A stretch of 64,000 nucleotides of DNA from an uncultured Verrucomicrobiae bacterium (GTDB taxonomy: Bacteria > Verrucomicrobiota > Verrucomicrobiia > Chthoniobacterales > JAFAMB01). The stretch's first letter is position 1. Every line of letters starts with the position of its first letter. The stretch spans positions 160,001-224,000 of the forward strand of contig CAWEXO010000005.1 of the NCBI GenBank assembly GCA_963813025.1, written 5' to 3'. Below, in pieces: positions 33,162 to 43,498 of this stretch. The notes under the pieces are model-generated. The model had not been told where the DNA came from, searched no databases, and was given only the letters and a program-made list of their open reading frames with translations. A program made the position numbers and the translations under genes.

Positions 33162-34085
33162 ATGGCTTCGACCGTTTCAGAGCCTCCCCCTCTCGGGGCG
33201 AATGGCGACGATCTTATTTTGACCCGGAACTCCTGGTACGCACCGCGATGGCTGAACACCTCCCTTTGGATCACCGAGCGGGTGCCGGCCTGGCTGAGTC
33301 GTCCGATGGCAGTGGCTCTTGGCGAGCTTAGCTATCGGCTTTGTGAGAACCGTCGAGCAGCTGTTCTGCGGAATCTCGGAGCTCTCATTCCTGGCGAGAA
33401 ACAAAGGCAAGCCGTCTGCCGTCGATGCTTCCACAATTTCCTGCGAATGCTCCACGACTTTTTCGATGCAGCGTCGGGGGGCGCTCCGCGCATCAACCAA
33501 CTTATGACCAAGCGACGAGGCTTCGATTTCCTGGAATCTGCTCGCCAAGCCGGCCGCGGTACAATTCTCATCACCGGACATCTCGGCGCGTGGGAGTTGG
33601 GGGGAATGGTACTGGCGGCCGACGGTTTTCCGGTCAACGTCGTTACCCTGGCAGAGCCGACGCCTGAACTCAATGATTGGCGTCGCCAGTACCGGGAACG
33701 TTTCGGCATCAAGACAATCACGGTCGGAAACGATAAATTCGCGTTTGTCGAAATTGTCGCCGCGCTTCGCCGCAACGAGCTTGTTGCTATGCTGGTCGAC
33801 CGTCCCTATCTCAATAGCGGCGTCGAAGTACGCTTTTTTGAACGTCTGACTTCGTTCTCTGCGGCCGCCGCACATCTTTGGTATCATACGAGAGCTACGG
33901 TGATCCCGGCATTTGTTCTCCAATTGGAGCCCGGCAGCTACGGTTGTTATGCCTATCCTCCGATCGAGATGCATCCGGACCGGTCGGCAAGCGAGAACAG
34001 TCAGCTGGTGGCCGATGTTTTCCAGACGATCATTCGCGAGTTCCCCGACCAATGGTTTAACTTCGTTCCGGTCTGGAAACGCTGA
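33162..34085 (+). CDS. Lysophospholipid/lipid A (LpxL-like) acyltransferase
   Basis: TGHLGAWE, MLVDR, PDQWFNF. Confidence 0.85.
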   Translation: MASTVSEPPPLGANGDDLILTRNSWYAPRWLNTSLWITERVPAWLSRPMAVALGELSYRLCENRRAAVLRNLGALIPGEKQRQAVCRRCFHNFLRMLHDFFDAASGGAPRINQLMTKRRGFDFLESARQAGRGTILITGHLGAWELGGMVLAADGFPVNVVTLAEPTPELNDWRRQYRERFGIKTITVGNDKFAFVEIVAALRRNELVAMLVDRPYLNSGVEVRFFERLTSFSAAAAHLWYHTRATVIPAFVLQLEPGSYGCYAYPPIEMHPDRSASENSQLVADVFQTIIREFPDQWFNFVPVWKR

Positions 34086-34094
34086 AGCAGTTTT

Positions 34095-34754
34095 ATGAAA
34101 AGAAATATTCTGGCGCTTCTATTGGCGCTGCCCCTCACCCTCCAAGCTGCTCCCTTGACCTCCTCGCAGACGGAGGATCTGGTCAAGAGGATCGAAGCTA
34201 TCCATCAATCCAAGCCCTCTCTTCAGGCGCATTTTCGGGAAGAGCGTCGTACCCCCGTGCTCAAGGATCCGGTCGTCAACGAGGGCGTAATTTGGGCGAC
34301 GCTGCCCGATAAAATCCGGCGCGAGATCGGTGCTCCCAACCCCAGTACCACCGTAATCGACGGGAAGAGGATGGTGATTTACTACCCACGGTTGCACGAT
34401 GCCGAGTTTTATGATCTCGAAAAGCGGCCCGTCCTCAAGGATCCGCTCAAGGCGTTAACCGCGGGTCTCGATTTTCAGCAGGTCTATAATTACTATAATG
34501 TCGAAGGCGCCCAGGAAGGTGATCTTTACCGTCTGACCTTGACGCCTAAGACGTCTTCGCTCAAGCGGGTCGTAAAGTCCGTGACTGTGACGGTCGACCA
34601 AAACCTCGCTCCTCAACGGGTCGACTTCGAAACCGCCAAAGGAGATCAGATTACCGAGATCTACAGCAGCGTCCGGCGCGATCCCATTCCCGATTCAGTG
34701 TTTGAGTTTACTCCTCCGTCCGGGACGAACATTACCAAACCGTTCGGCAGCTGA
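34095..34754 (+). CDS. LolA-like outer-membrane lipoprotein carrier
   Basis: Signal peptide, SLQAHFREE, PDKIRRE, IDGK, FEFTPP. Confidence 0.8.
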   Translation: MKRNILALLLALPLTLQAAPLTSSQTEDLVKRIEAIHQSKPSLQAHFREERRTPVLKDPVVNEGVIWATLPDKIRREIGAPNPSTTVIDGKRMVIYYPRLHDAEFYDLEKRPVLKDPLKALTAGLDFQQVYNYYNVEGAQEGDLYRLTLTPKTSSLKRVVKSVTVTVDQNLAPQRVDFETAKGDQITEIYSSVRRDPIPDSVFEFTPPSGTNITKPFGS

Positions 34755-34954
34755 CGGAGTTTCGGGTCCCGTGTCGCGAATTGTGAGTCCCCGAGTTGGG
34801 TGGAACCAGCCGGGCGCAAGGCATTAGCGACACTCGGGACCCGGGACCCGCAACGTCATTGTCAAGGGTGGCACCCTTCCGTTCTCACCAGCCCTCCGTC
34901 ATTGACTTCGCCCTGTTTTAGAGTAGACAAACCGCTCCAGAAAAGCTCGTCGAT

Positions 34955-35028
34955 TGCCTCGTGGTGTAATGGTAGCACAAGTGACTCTGGATCACTTTGT
35001 CATGGTTCGAATCCATGCGAGGCAGCCA
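34955..35028 (+). tRNA. tRNA-Gln (CTG)
   Basis: TGCCTCG/CGAGGCA acceptor stem, AGTGA-CT-CTG-GA-TCACT anticodon arm, GGTTCGAATCC, encoded CCA. Confidence 0.96.
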
Positions 35029-35412
35029 ATGCAAAACCAACAGCTGCAAGAGATTACAAGGCGCAACTTCTTAAAGCAAAACCGTAGAAACTAGACACCC
35101 GCCAAAAACCAGCCACGGCAGCGGATTGCCCAGGGTCCGATCCTAAGTTGGCACCTCAGTACACATCGCCGGTGTATATCCAACCCTGAATTTCTCTTTT
35201 TGCGTACGCTTCAACTTGTCCTGACTCGAACGCGGATTCGGCAGCTTTTCTTGCCTGTTCTCTTGAATAAAGATTTTGGTCCGGCTGCCAGACTGAAGCA
35301 GATTCACCTCGACATGAAAGTAAGATGATAAATTCCCTGTTCTTTTGGCGCGACTTTATGCACCAAAAATATTGCCCTGACTTTAATCTCGTAGTTCACG
35401 TCCTTGTGGGGA

Positions 35413-35753
35413 CAAAGCTAAGGGTCAAATCTCAATATTCAACATTGCCGTGACTTTTCTCAGCTTTGTCCGTAATGCCGGGTCAACCTTGAGCCTTTTC
35501 TCGAACCGTGAAATTGCCGCGTTGACCGCGGCGTACTCCATCCCGCCCGCCAGTTCTCCAAGCTCGCCCAGCCGCAGACCGCCATATCTTTGGCCCAGAT
35601 ACAGATCCGCGGGCAACGCTCCATTGCCCCGCTCGGTTGACATCTGATCCCATCTCACCAGCATGCCTCCGGCTCCAAGGTTTGGGCATCAACCTTGAGC
35701 CGCTCACCCCCGCACCGGCCCGCCCTTCATGACCCCCGAGTTCTTTCACGCGC
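35413..35753 (-). mobile_element. TIR-bounded Y1 transposase element, piece A (3' end only)
   Basis: GGGTCAAATCTCAATATTCAACATTG at 35422; nearly identical to 58432-58761. Confidence 0.85.
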
Positions 35754-36294
35754 TCGGCGAGCGCCGTAAATCCGGCGAGCTGCTGGTCGAGCGTTTCCAC
35801 CGGACGAATAAGAAACGCGCCGGCAACGCTAGACTTATCGCTCTCCAGAATGACCCCGCGCAGTTGCTTGACACGGCCCGGTCGATCCGGAACAGAGGGC
35901 GGCAACGACTTTGGTAACGGATCTAGTTGTGACACGAGCGAATCATAAGTCGCTTTTTGGGGTCTGCGCACAATCCGTGAACGCTCAAAGTTCAAAAACA
36001 ATTAGCAACTCCTCAGGTCCAGCCCCGCCACTTGCACCGTCGTATGCGGACACTATACGGGTGCCGCCAGACCAACGACGGGTAGGGCAGGGATGGCACC
36101 TTCAGCAGGCGGGGCAAAGAGGGAGTAACCTCGATGAACAAGGACACGACAAAGTCTGCGCGGCGCTGCGACAAGGCGTTCGATCGTTCAGGGGTGCGGA
36201 TGTGGGAGAGCGGATTGTTTTCGGGCCCCGCCATTTAGTTTTGGGACCTTTAGTCGCATTGGCTTTCGAGCTCACTGGACGATAGTGGCCAAGC

Positions 36295-37776
36295 GTGCAG
36301 GCTAGGCAGCAGAACGAATTAATTTTGGTGACCGGTGCTACCGGTTACGTGGGAGGCAGGCTGGTCCCCCGTCTTCTCCAGGCAGGCTATCGGGTTTGCT
36401 GCTTGGTACGCAGGCTAACCAATCTCGACCGTGAGCCGTGGCGGTCCCAAGTCGAGTGCGTTCAGGGCGATGTGCTGCGCCCCGAAAGCTTGACGGCCGC
36501 GATGGAAGGCGTGGCCACGCTGTACTACTTGGTCCATAGCATGGGAGGCGGAAGGGATTTCGAGGCTCAGGATCTGGCCGCCGCTAGCCATTGTGCTAAG
36601 GCCGCCAGCGTGCAGGGGGTGCAACGAATCATCTATCTCGGCGCCCTGGGTGACTCGGCAGCGAAGCTTTCCGCCCATCTACGGTCGCGTCAGCAAACCG
36701 GAAGTGCTTTGTGCGAGGCGGGCGTGCCGGTGACCGAATTTCGTGCGGCTGTCATCATCGGTTCGGGTAGCCTTTCATTTGAGCTAATCCGATACCTATC
36801 AGAACGATTGCCGGTGATGATCTGCCCCCGCTGGGTTTATACGCGAATTCAACCTATCGCGATTCAGAACGTGCTGGATTACTTGGTGGCCGCGCTGCAA
36901 CAGCCGGAGAGCGCAGGCCGGATCATTGAGATCGGGGGAGAAGACGTCCTGACTTACGGCGGATTGATGGAAACGTACGCCAGTGTACGCGGCCTGAAAC
37001 GCTACCTCCTACCAGTCCCCCTTTTGACGCCCAGGCTTTCCTCATACTGGGTGCGTCTAGTGACGCCGTTTTCGGTCAGTGTGGCGCGCCCGCTGATTGA
37101 GGGGTTGCGCAACGAAGTCATTGTCCGCGATAACGAAGCCCGGGAAATATTTCCTGATGTACGATTGCTGGATTGCAAAGCGGCCGTGAAGCTCGCCCTA
37201 GCGGATACGAAAGCGGACCAATTGGACAAGTTGCTGGGGAGTTTGCCGGTGCCATCCCACCAGCGACCCTCTGTAAGCAGAGGCTCTGGGAAAGGGGTGA
37301 TCGTGGAACGGCGCCGAAGGGTGGTGAACGCATCAGCCGAGCAAGTTTACTCCATCATCGCCGGATTGGGCGGAGCCCAAGGTTGGCCCGCGCTGAATTG
37401 GGCTTGGCGGCTGCGTGGCTGGATCGATGGCCTGCTTGGGGGCGTGGGCATGCGTCGGGGTGAAGCAGGCGCTTTGCGCGTCGGAGAGGTCTTGGATTTT
37501 TGGCGCATTGAGGAGGCTGAAGCCGGACGGTTACTCCGGCTGTGTGCCGAGATGAAATTGCCCGGGAAAGCCTGGTTGCAGTTCCAGGTGGAACCGCAAT
37601 CCGGTGGGTACAGCGAACTAATTCAGACGGCGCTCTTTGAGCCTAAAGGGCTCAGCGGCGTGCTGTACTGGTATTGTCTCTATCCGGTGCACTGTTTGAT
37701 CTTCAGCCGCATGATCCAGCGGATTGCGGAGCGGGCCGAGAGAATCGCTAGTCGCCCGCAAAAAGCAGCAGGGTGA
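36295..37776 (+). CDS. SDR/NAD(P)-binding oxidoreductase with C-terminal DUF2867-like domain (YbjT-like)
   Basis: VTGATGYVG, YYLVHSM, GSGSLSFE, DFWRIE, AEMKLPGKAWL. Confidence 0.88.
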   Translation: MQARQQNELILVTGATGYVGGRLVPRLLQAGYRVCCLVRRLTNLDREPWRSQVECVQGDVLRPESLTAAMEGVATLYYLVHSMGGGRDFEAQDLAAASHCAKAASVQGVQRIIYLGALGDSAAKLSAHLRSRQQTGSALCEAGVPVTEFRAAVIIGSGSLSFELIRYLSERLPVMICPRWVYTRIQPIAIQNVLDYLVAALQQPESAGRIIEIGGEDVLTYGGLMETYASVRGLKRYLLPVPLLTPRLSSYWVRLVTPFSVSVARPLIEGLRNEVIVRDNEAREIFPDVRLLDCKAAVKLALADTKADQLDKLLGSLPVPSHQRPSVSRGSGKGVIVERRRRVVNASAEQVYSIIAGLGGAQGWPALNWAWRLRGWIDGLLGGVGMRRGEAGALRVGEVLDFWRIEEAEAGRLLRLCAEMKLPGKAWLQFQVEPQSGGYSELIQTALFEPKGLSGVLYWYCLYPVHCLIFSRMIQRIAERAERIASRPQKAAG

Positions 37777-37819
37777 AATCCGCTGCCTCCTTCAGGCCTT
37801 CATGGGCTTACCCCTGCGC

Positions 37820-38110
37820 ACCTCTAATCCGGCGTTCATTGAACTAAACGGACGTGGCAGTCTGGGTTGGCTTGAAGGTTTTAATGAGATGGTCACACCT
37901 TGCGGTTATGAATGGGTTGGGCACCCCAGTATGGATAAAGGCGTAATGCTCCCCTCGCATGGGCTGGCAGCCAACATTCCGGCGTCGAAAGTCGTGCTGA
38001 GCATCGACGAGGACCCAGCCTACACCATCCGACTGAAAGGAGATTTGAAGGAACAGGCATTCAAATTAGTCAATTTTGTTATCGCGACAAAGCTGAGCAC
38101 CGAAGCCAGC
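37820..38110 (+). pseudogene. Internal fragment of an aldose-epimerase-like (DUF4432-type) protein
   Basis: GRGSLGWLEGFNEM..CGYEWVGHP, HG.AANIPASKV; lacks both termini. Confidence 0.5.
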
Positions 38111-38696
38111 GCTCAACAGTTTTTGGGCAGACATAGCGCTGAATCAAGACGGGCTCTCGATGCGGACCGATCCGCCGAAAGCAGACAGTCGCGCTTCCCT
38201 GGCCTTTTCCGCAATTCCGTCACCATAGGCATTTTCACTAAATCGCCTTGATACGTCTCTGCCGTTCTCTTTCCAGTACGCTTCCCAAAACCAGTCAATG
38301 CGCTTCCCGACCTGCCGCGACCCGCGTCTGATGCCATAAGTTCTTTTCGCTTTTCGAGCCATCGATTCCCAACGAAAAATACCGCGAGAATTCCTAATGC
38401 CATGCCAAAACGCTTCGATTGAGGATACTCGCTTACATCGGTAGCGGAAATCGGGCCCATGGTCTTTTCGGAAATCCCAAGGCGGTTGAGGATTGTTATC
38501 TTGCCACGGGCCAATGCGGGTTATCTCGAGCCCGCCTTTGCGCGTCACGATAGATGCTTTGGATCTCCGCCGGCGCTTCGTTGATGTTATAACCCCATGC
38601 AAGGCCATCCTCGAGCATCTCGAGGCCCACATCCATACCGTCTATGAAAGCCATGCAAATGAGTCGGTCGGAGCCGTGACGATCAGTTGATTGCGG

Positions 38697-39002
38697 TCAA
38701 AGCTCGACGTTCCGACCAAGAACAAGCGCGATCATGGCGCGTTTCGCAGAATCGCCATAAGCCTGGCCTATTTCTGGCGCGTCGATGAACGCTAATCTGA
38801 CGCGAAGAAGCGTGTTCTCGGCGGTCAACACCCCGATCGCGTCCGAATCGAACACAGCAACTACGCGACCGCGGAGGCTCTCTTGCTGCGCGCTTGCGTC
38901 GTTAGCAAGCAAGAGACAAAGCAGGCCGGGAAGAACAAAACGACACCACAGCAATAGTAGAACGACGGCCTGAGCTGTTGCTTTAGCCCTGCTCCGCGAC
39001 AA
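38697..39002 (-). pseudogene. Truncated thermonuclease (SNase-like)
   Basis: GRVVAVFDSDAI, RVRLAFIDAPE.GQAYG..AK; stops before the DxYGR motif. Confidence 0.75.
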
Positions 39003-39259
39003 GGTTATGTCACTGACAACTTCTTGGCCTCACGATACTTGCGTCCTTCTTCAAGCAGCTTCTTCTTATGGCGGCGGCGGTAGGCGCAGATCGGTCTCGG
39101 CACCACTCGGCTCCCCCTAAGGACGTTATATACAATCTTCGGAGGAATAGGGGGACGGCGAATTTGTGACCTTGGGAATTACCAGCGTCCAGGCGCAAGC
39201 TGAATCTCGGCGAACAGCGTGGAAAGATGCATCTCGAGCAACTTGTCGATCTTCGAAGC

Positions 39260-39639
39260 GGCGGCGACGGTAAAGGGAGCTCTTTACGAAAGGCTTGTAA
39301 TTTAAGCCCATCATATTTCATGTCTTCACCGGGTTTCTTCAATTCCAGAACCAAAAGATTGTGATCTTACGTATTGCGTTTGTGAACGAATGTCCGGAAA
39401 GACCGTGGTTGCCCTGAATTTACGGTCCAATGCTTTGCGAGGCGGCAGACCAAGCCGTTTAGGAATGTCGCGATCACGATTATATTCAACATCTACGACA
39501 TAATTGGCTGGCACTAACTCCGCAATATAGATGGCCAAGTGTGCGAGCGAGACCGTTCTGTGACATTCAGCTCAAGAAGATCCGCCTGTTCGTGAATGAG
39601 TTTGTTCAGGGCCAGTTCGATAATTTCAGAAACTTCCAT
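39260..39639 (-). pseudogene. Frameshifted conserved hypothetical protein, restriction-endonuclease-like motifs
   Basis: Across frames: LNVTERS, YVVDVEYNR, VFPDI, NLLVLELKK. Confidence 0.5.
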
Positions 39640-39809
39640 CTTCTGGCCTGGAGGCTCAGGAAGCTTAACGTCTACCGAGAGTGAGGGATAATTGTTGACG
39701 GCGGTGATGATGAATTTCGTGCGGGCATATTCGATGTCGCAGTTAGTTACGCCCTCCTCAAAATCCATTATGAAAACAGTCTCATCAACTATCTCGGGCC
39801 GCTCCGCCG

Positions 39810-39975
39810 ACATAGCTCCATCTCAAAATGTCTTTGCAATCCGCTTCAACCCAAAACCGGCCAGCGGTCGCTGGATGCGCTGCGTTTGGGGGCTGGTTCC
39901 ATATTGGGCCGAGGACGAGAAGCTTGCCTACAAGACAATCAACGCGAGGGTTGAAACCGTCGATACTGCACCGCT
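39810..39975 (+). pseudogene. SOS response-associated peptidase (SRAP), N-terminal fragment
   Basis: IAPSQ, WGLVPYWA, TINARVETV. Confidence 0.75.
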
Positions 39976-40025
39976 CCGGTTTGCGCCAGTCGGCTGATTT
40001 TTCTAGGCTCAGCCTCGTGTCCCAG

Positions 40026-40377
40026 ATGAAAAAGAAGCCTTTGTCAGCCCCAGACGAGAAGCGTTCGTTCGATAAGGGCCAATTGGAACTTGTAACATTA
40101 GGCGGAGTTACGTTCGGGCCGCGCCACACTGCAACCTGGATGGAAATGGTCGACCTGCGCAAAACCAAACGTAAATACCGAAAGCTGCGAGGCGAGTCAC
40201 CTGCAATACCATGTCTCCGGGCGTACCAGAGTGCGCATGGATGACGGGATTGAGGATGAGTTTGGTCCAGGTGAAGTATCGCTGCTGCCTCCGGGACACT
40301 ACGCATGGGTCGTGGGCTACGAACCGGTCGTGGTAATCGATATTTCCGGTATGGCGAATTACGCGAAGCCGGCTTAA
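40026..40377 (+). pseudogene. Cupin-domain protein with frameshift near 40116
   Basis: PDEKRSFDKG..LGGVTF, then in another frame RATLQPGWKWS..C...HLQYHVSG..PPGHYAWVVG. Confidence 0.7.
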
Positions 40378-40504
40378 AGAGCAATTGTCCTGGCAACTGA
40401 CAGATACCTGGCGCTGTATGCCTATGACCGCACTTCGCCGTGCCGGAGTACCCGCTCCAGCCAGCGGGAATGGCTTCGCGCTGTGCGATGATGCATCCGT
40501 CAGC

Positions 40505-40595
40505 CGAATGAGCTGGTGGCCGAGGTGCATACCCGGATGCCGGTGATCTTGCCCGAAGAACACCACGAAAAATGGTTGGGTAAAGCCCAGGACGT
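40505..40595 (+). pseudogene. SRAP, C-terminal fragment
   Basis: NELVAEVHTRMPVILPEE...WL. Confidence 0.7.
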
Positions 40596-40610
40596 CAAGG
40601 CGCCGGCAGT

Positions 40611-40935
40611 CAAAGCTAAGGGTCAAATCTCAATATTCAACATTGCCGTGACTTTTCGCAGCTTTGTCGGTAATGCCGGGTCAACCTTGAGCCTTTTCTC
40701 GAACCGTGAAATTGCCGCGTTGACCGCGGCGTACTCCATCCCGCCCGCCGGTTCTCCAAGCTCGCCCAGCCGCAGACCGCCATATCTTTGGCCCAGATAC
40801 AGAGCTGCTCGCGCCGGTCTCCCTTGAGGAAGTTCAGCATCTTGCTGACAAAGGCCTCTGTACCAAAGAGCGCTGCCGCCTTGATTTCCTCTTTCCAGTC
40901 GGTCTCCCAGCGACCCAGTGCCGCCATCTCTTCCG
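40611..40935 (-). mobile_element. TIR-bounded Y1 transposase element, piece B (3' end plus middle segment)
   Basis: Same TIR at 40620; encodes EEMAALG..WKEEIK..LFGTEAFV..GDRREQ joined to LYLGQRYGG..MLNIEI*. Confidence 0.8.
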
Positions 40936-41082
40936 AGGGGCTGAGCCTGGCGGGAAGCTGGTGCCCCGCATACACCTTGAAATGCGCGGGCGCACACTCG
41001 AGGGTTCCCCAGCGGTGCGTGATCAGCCGGAGCTACGAATTGCAAAACTTTGCGCTCAAGTGACGGGCGAGCGACAACAACC

Positions 41083-41514
41083 ATGAAGAAGAGGAAGAGC
41101 GGCTCGAAGGAAGGAAAAGGAGGAGACTCTCCCTCTCAGCTGATAGATGCGAGGATCAAAGAGCTGAGTGATTGGCGAGGCGAGACGCTCGCTCAGGTCC
41201 GAATTCTCATCAAGCAGGCCGACCCAGAAGCGGTCGAGGAGTGGAAGTGGAGAGGGGTTCCGGTGTGGTCGCATGCCGGAATGATCTGCACCGGTGAGAC
41301 GTACAAGAATGTCGTGAAGATGACCTTCGCGAAGGGCGCCTCGTTGGAGGACCCTTCAGGCCTCTTCAACTCCAGCCTCGAAGGCAACACTAGGCGTGCC
41401 ATCGATTTCCATGAGGGCGACAAGATTGATGAAAAGGCATTGAAGGCGCTCATTCGCGCCACCGTGGCACTGAACACGTCTTCAGCCGCCCAGCGGCCGG
41501 GGACGAGAGCATAG
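41083..41514 (+). CDS. DUF1801 (YdhG-like) protein
   Basis: DWRGETL, EEWKWRGVPVW, TFAKGASLEDPSGLFN. Confidence 0.85.
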   Translation: MKKRKSGSKEGKGGDSPSQLIDARIKELSDWRGETLAQVRILIKQADPEAVEEWKWRGVPVWSHAGMICTGETYKNVVKMTFAKGASLEDPSGLFNSSLEGNTRRAIDFHEGDKIDEKALKALIRATVALNTSSAAQRPGTRA

Positions 41515-41962
41515 GCGACCGAGAGGGATTTGAGGCGGAGTGGGGTGAGCCCAGGGGCCAGGCGCCGCCCACGTGAACGGAGCTCCAACCGGGACCGAGC
41601 CCGGGGACGAGGTGCTCGCAGGCATGCGGCAGATGCCGAAGGGGGAGGTCTGCCTGCCAACGGGCGAGTAGGCGAGCTCGTTGGCACTCGGCAGATCCGC
41701 GACCGAGGTAATCTTGTCGCACAGCGCGGTGTGTCCACTCAAAGAAGTTGCCCTCGGAAAACTTAGTCCTAAACTTACGCTAATTTACGCTAAGATTGCA
41801 GAAAACTGCCCGAAGTTGCCTGACGTTGCTCTTTTCAATCCGCTCGCGCCCGATTTCGCGTAAGTGACTAAAGCAGAAACCCTCCGAGGAGTTTCCGAGG
41901 GTTTCAAATTCCACCGTACAGAAATTCCGTTGCCGCATTCTGTGTAGTATAGAGGCACACTC

Positions 41963-42310
41963 ATGAAAAAATACATGCTCACCTTCTTTGGCGGCAACAT
42001 GTCTCTTCGGTACGAGAATCTTGATACAGCAGACAAAGAGGCTCGGAAAAAGCATATGGCTGGCTGGGGGAAATGGATGGCTGACCTTTCGAAGGCCAAA
42101 AGGTGGGAGGTCGGATTCCCGTTGGAACCGGACGGGAAACGGATCGATCAGAGCGGCGCCGAAGATTACCGCTTTCCCAATACCACGGAAGGTGGTTTCA
42201 TCGTCATAAACGCGGAATCATTGGAAGATGCCGCGGAAATCGCGGCAGAGGCGCCCATTATCGGGAATGGCGGACATATTCTCGTGCGCCCGTGCGGGGA
42301 GATGAAATAA
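41963..42310 (+). CDS. YCII-related protein
   Basis: W..W...L, G.PL, GGFIVINAESLEDA..IA..P, GG.I.VRP. Confidence 0.75.
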   Translation: MKKYMLTFFGGNMSLRYENLDTADKEARKKHMAGWGKWMADLSKAKRWEVGFPLEPDGKRIDQSGAEDYRFPNTTEGGFIVINAESLEDAAEIAAEAPIIGNGGHILVRPCGEMK

Positions 42311-42448
42311 CTCAATACTCATGCTTCGGGTTCCAGAACGGTGATTCTGCTGCTGATCAGTTCCTCGCATGCTCTCTCGTACCATACAAAGCTGTGGATG
42401 AGGAGTAGTTTTTCAGCAGCCTGCTAGCTAAAGCCTGTTGCGAAATGG

Positions 42449-42788
42449 TTAAATTTTTTTCGCCTTGGTCGCGATGAGTCGCTCCTTGTTTAAGGAGGCA
42501 AGTTCGCGCAAACGATCCTGAAGTTGACCAAGCGTCGACTCCCAGCCGGATTTGAGCCTCTAGATGGTGGGGAACATAGTAGCCGGTGGTTTTTTCGGTC
42601 TTTCCGCGATAGCTGATATATAAATGTGGACCGTGTTTAGGGCCGCCATGGTGGCAGCGGCAGTCTGGATTTCCACATCGGCGATAAGTCTCAGATAACG
42701 ATCCGTAAATGGCCGCCTGTGCCAATTGCCTAATCTGCCTGAGCAGTTGCAGCCGGGCAGCGGAAGCTTGGTTTTTGGTCGTTGGCAT
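42449..42788 (-). pseudogene. DUF6788-like IS accessory protein, apparently frameshifted near its 3' end
   Basis: GSLSETYRRCGNPDCRCHHGGPKHGPHLY. Confidence 0.7.
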
Positions 42789-43498
42789 CGCTTCACCCAC
42801 TACGACAGCGCTCATTGCCGTTCTTCACACGGGCTCGACTCATCGCCACAAGATTGTGGGCGATGATGCACCAGCCAACGTGTCTTTCAAATCCAATCTC
42901 ACCCTTGTAAAAGGCCCGCCGCATGCCGAAACAGTGTTTGAGCGTGCTCAGCCGCGCTTCAATGCCTGTTCTCCAGCCTTGGCCACGCCGAAACCAGCGC
43001 TGTTTCTGTCGCGCAGCTCGGGCGGCGCTTAAGCGACCGCAGCGCGGCAGCACTACTTGCTTGACTCCCAGCTCCAAGCGCAGCCTTTTCGTTGGCACTA
43101 CTCCAGAAGCCTCGGTCAGCCGCAGCCAATTCTGGTGCTCGACCGAATCGCTCCAGATGTGTTTCCAGCGCCGGCATCCACTGTTGCCGATCGCAAAGGT
43201 TGCCCGGGGCCACAGCATAATTGCTGACCAGCCCGTTTTCGACTTCGTCGATCCGGACCAAGCGACCAAATTCATTGGGTTTGTGAGCTTTACCCTTGCG
43301 AATGACCACACTGTGGGGCTCAAAGAGGCTCAAGATTTTCTCCGGATGGCGCGTCTGTGCCTGGAAAATTCGCGCCCGACTCTGAGCGATAACTTTCTCA
43401 ACCAAGGGCAGGTAATGTTTGAGAGAAGCTTCTGCTGCAAGGACCTTCAAAGAAGTCTCCTGCCGGGCCACTAATTGGCCATTTTTGAGAGCCGTAAG

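Noticed and set aside
35755..36290. Short ORFs here and at 38113-38690, 41520-41860, 59210-59454 and 60607-61280
   Set aside because: No recognisable motifs; probably fragments, so left uncalled.
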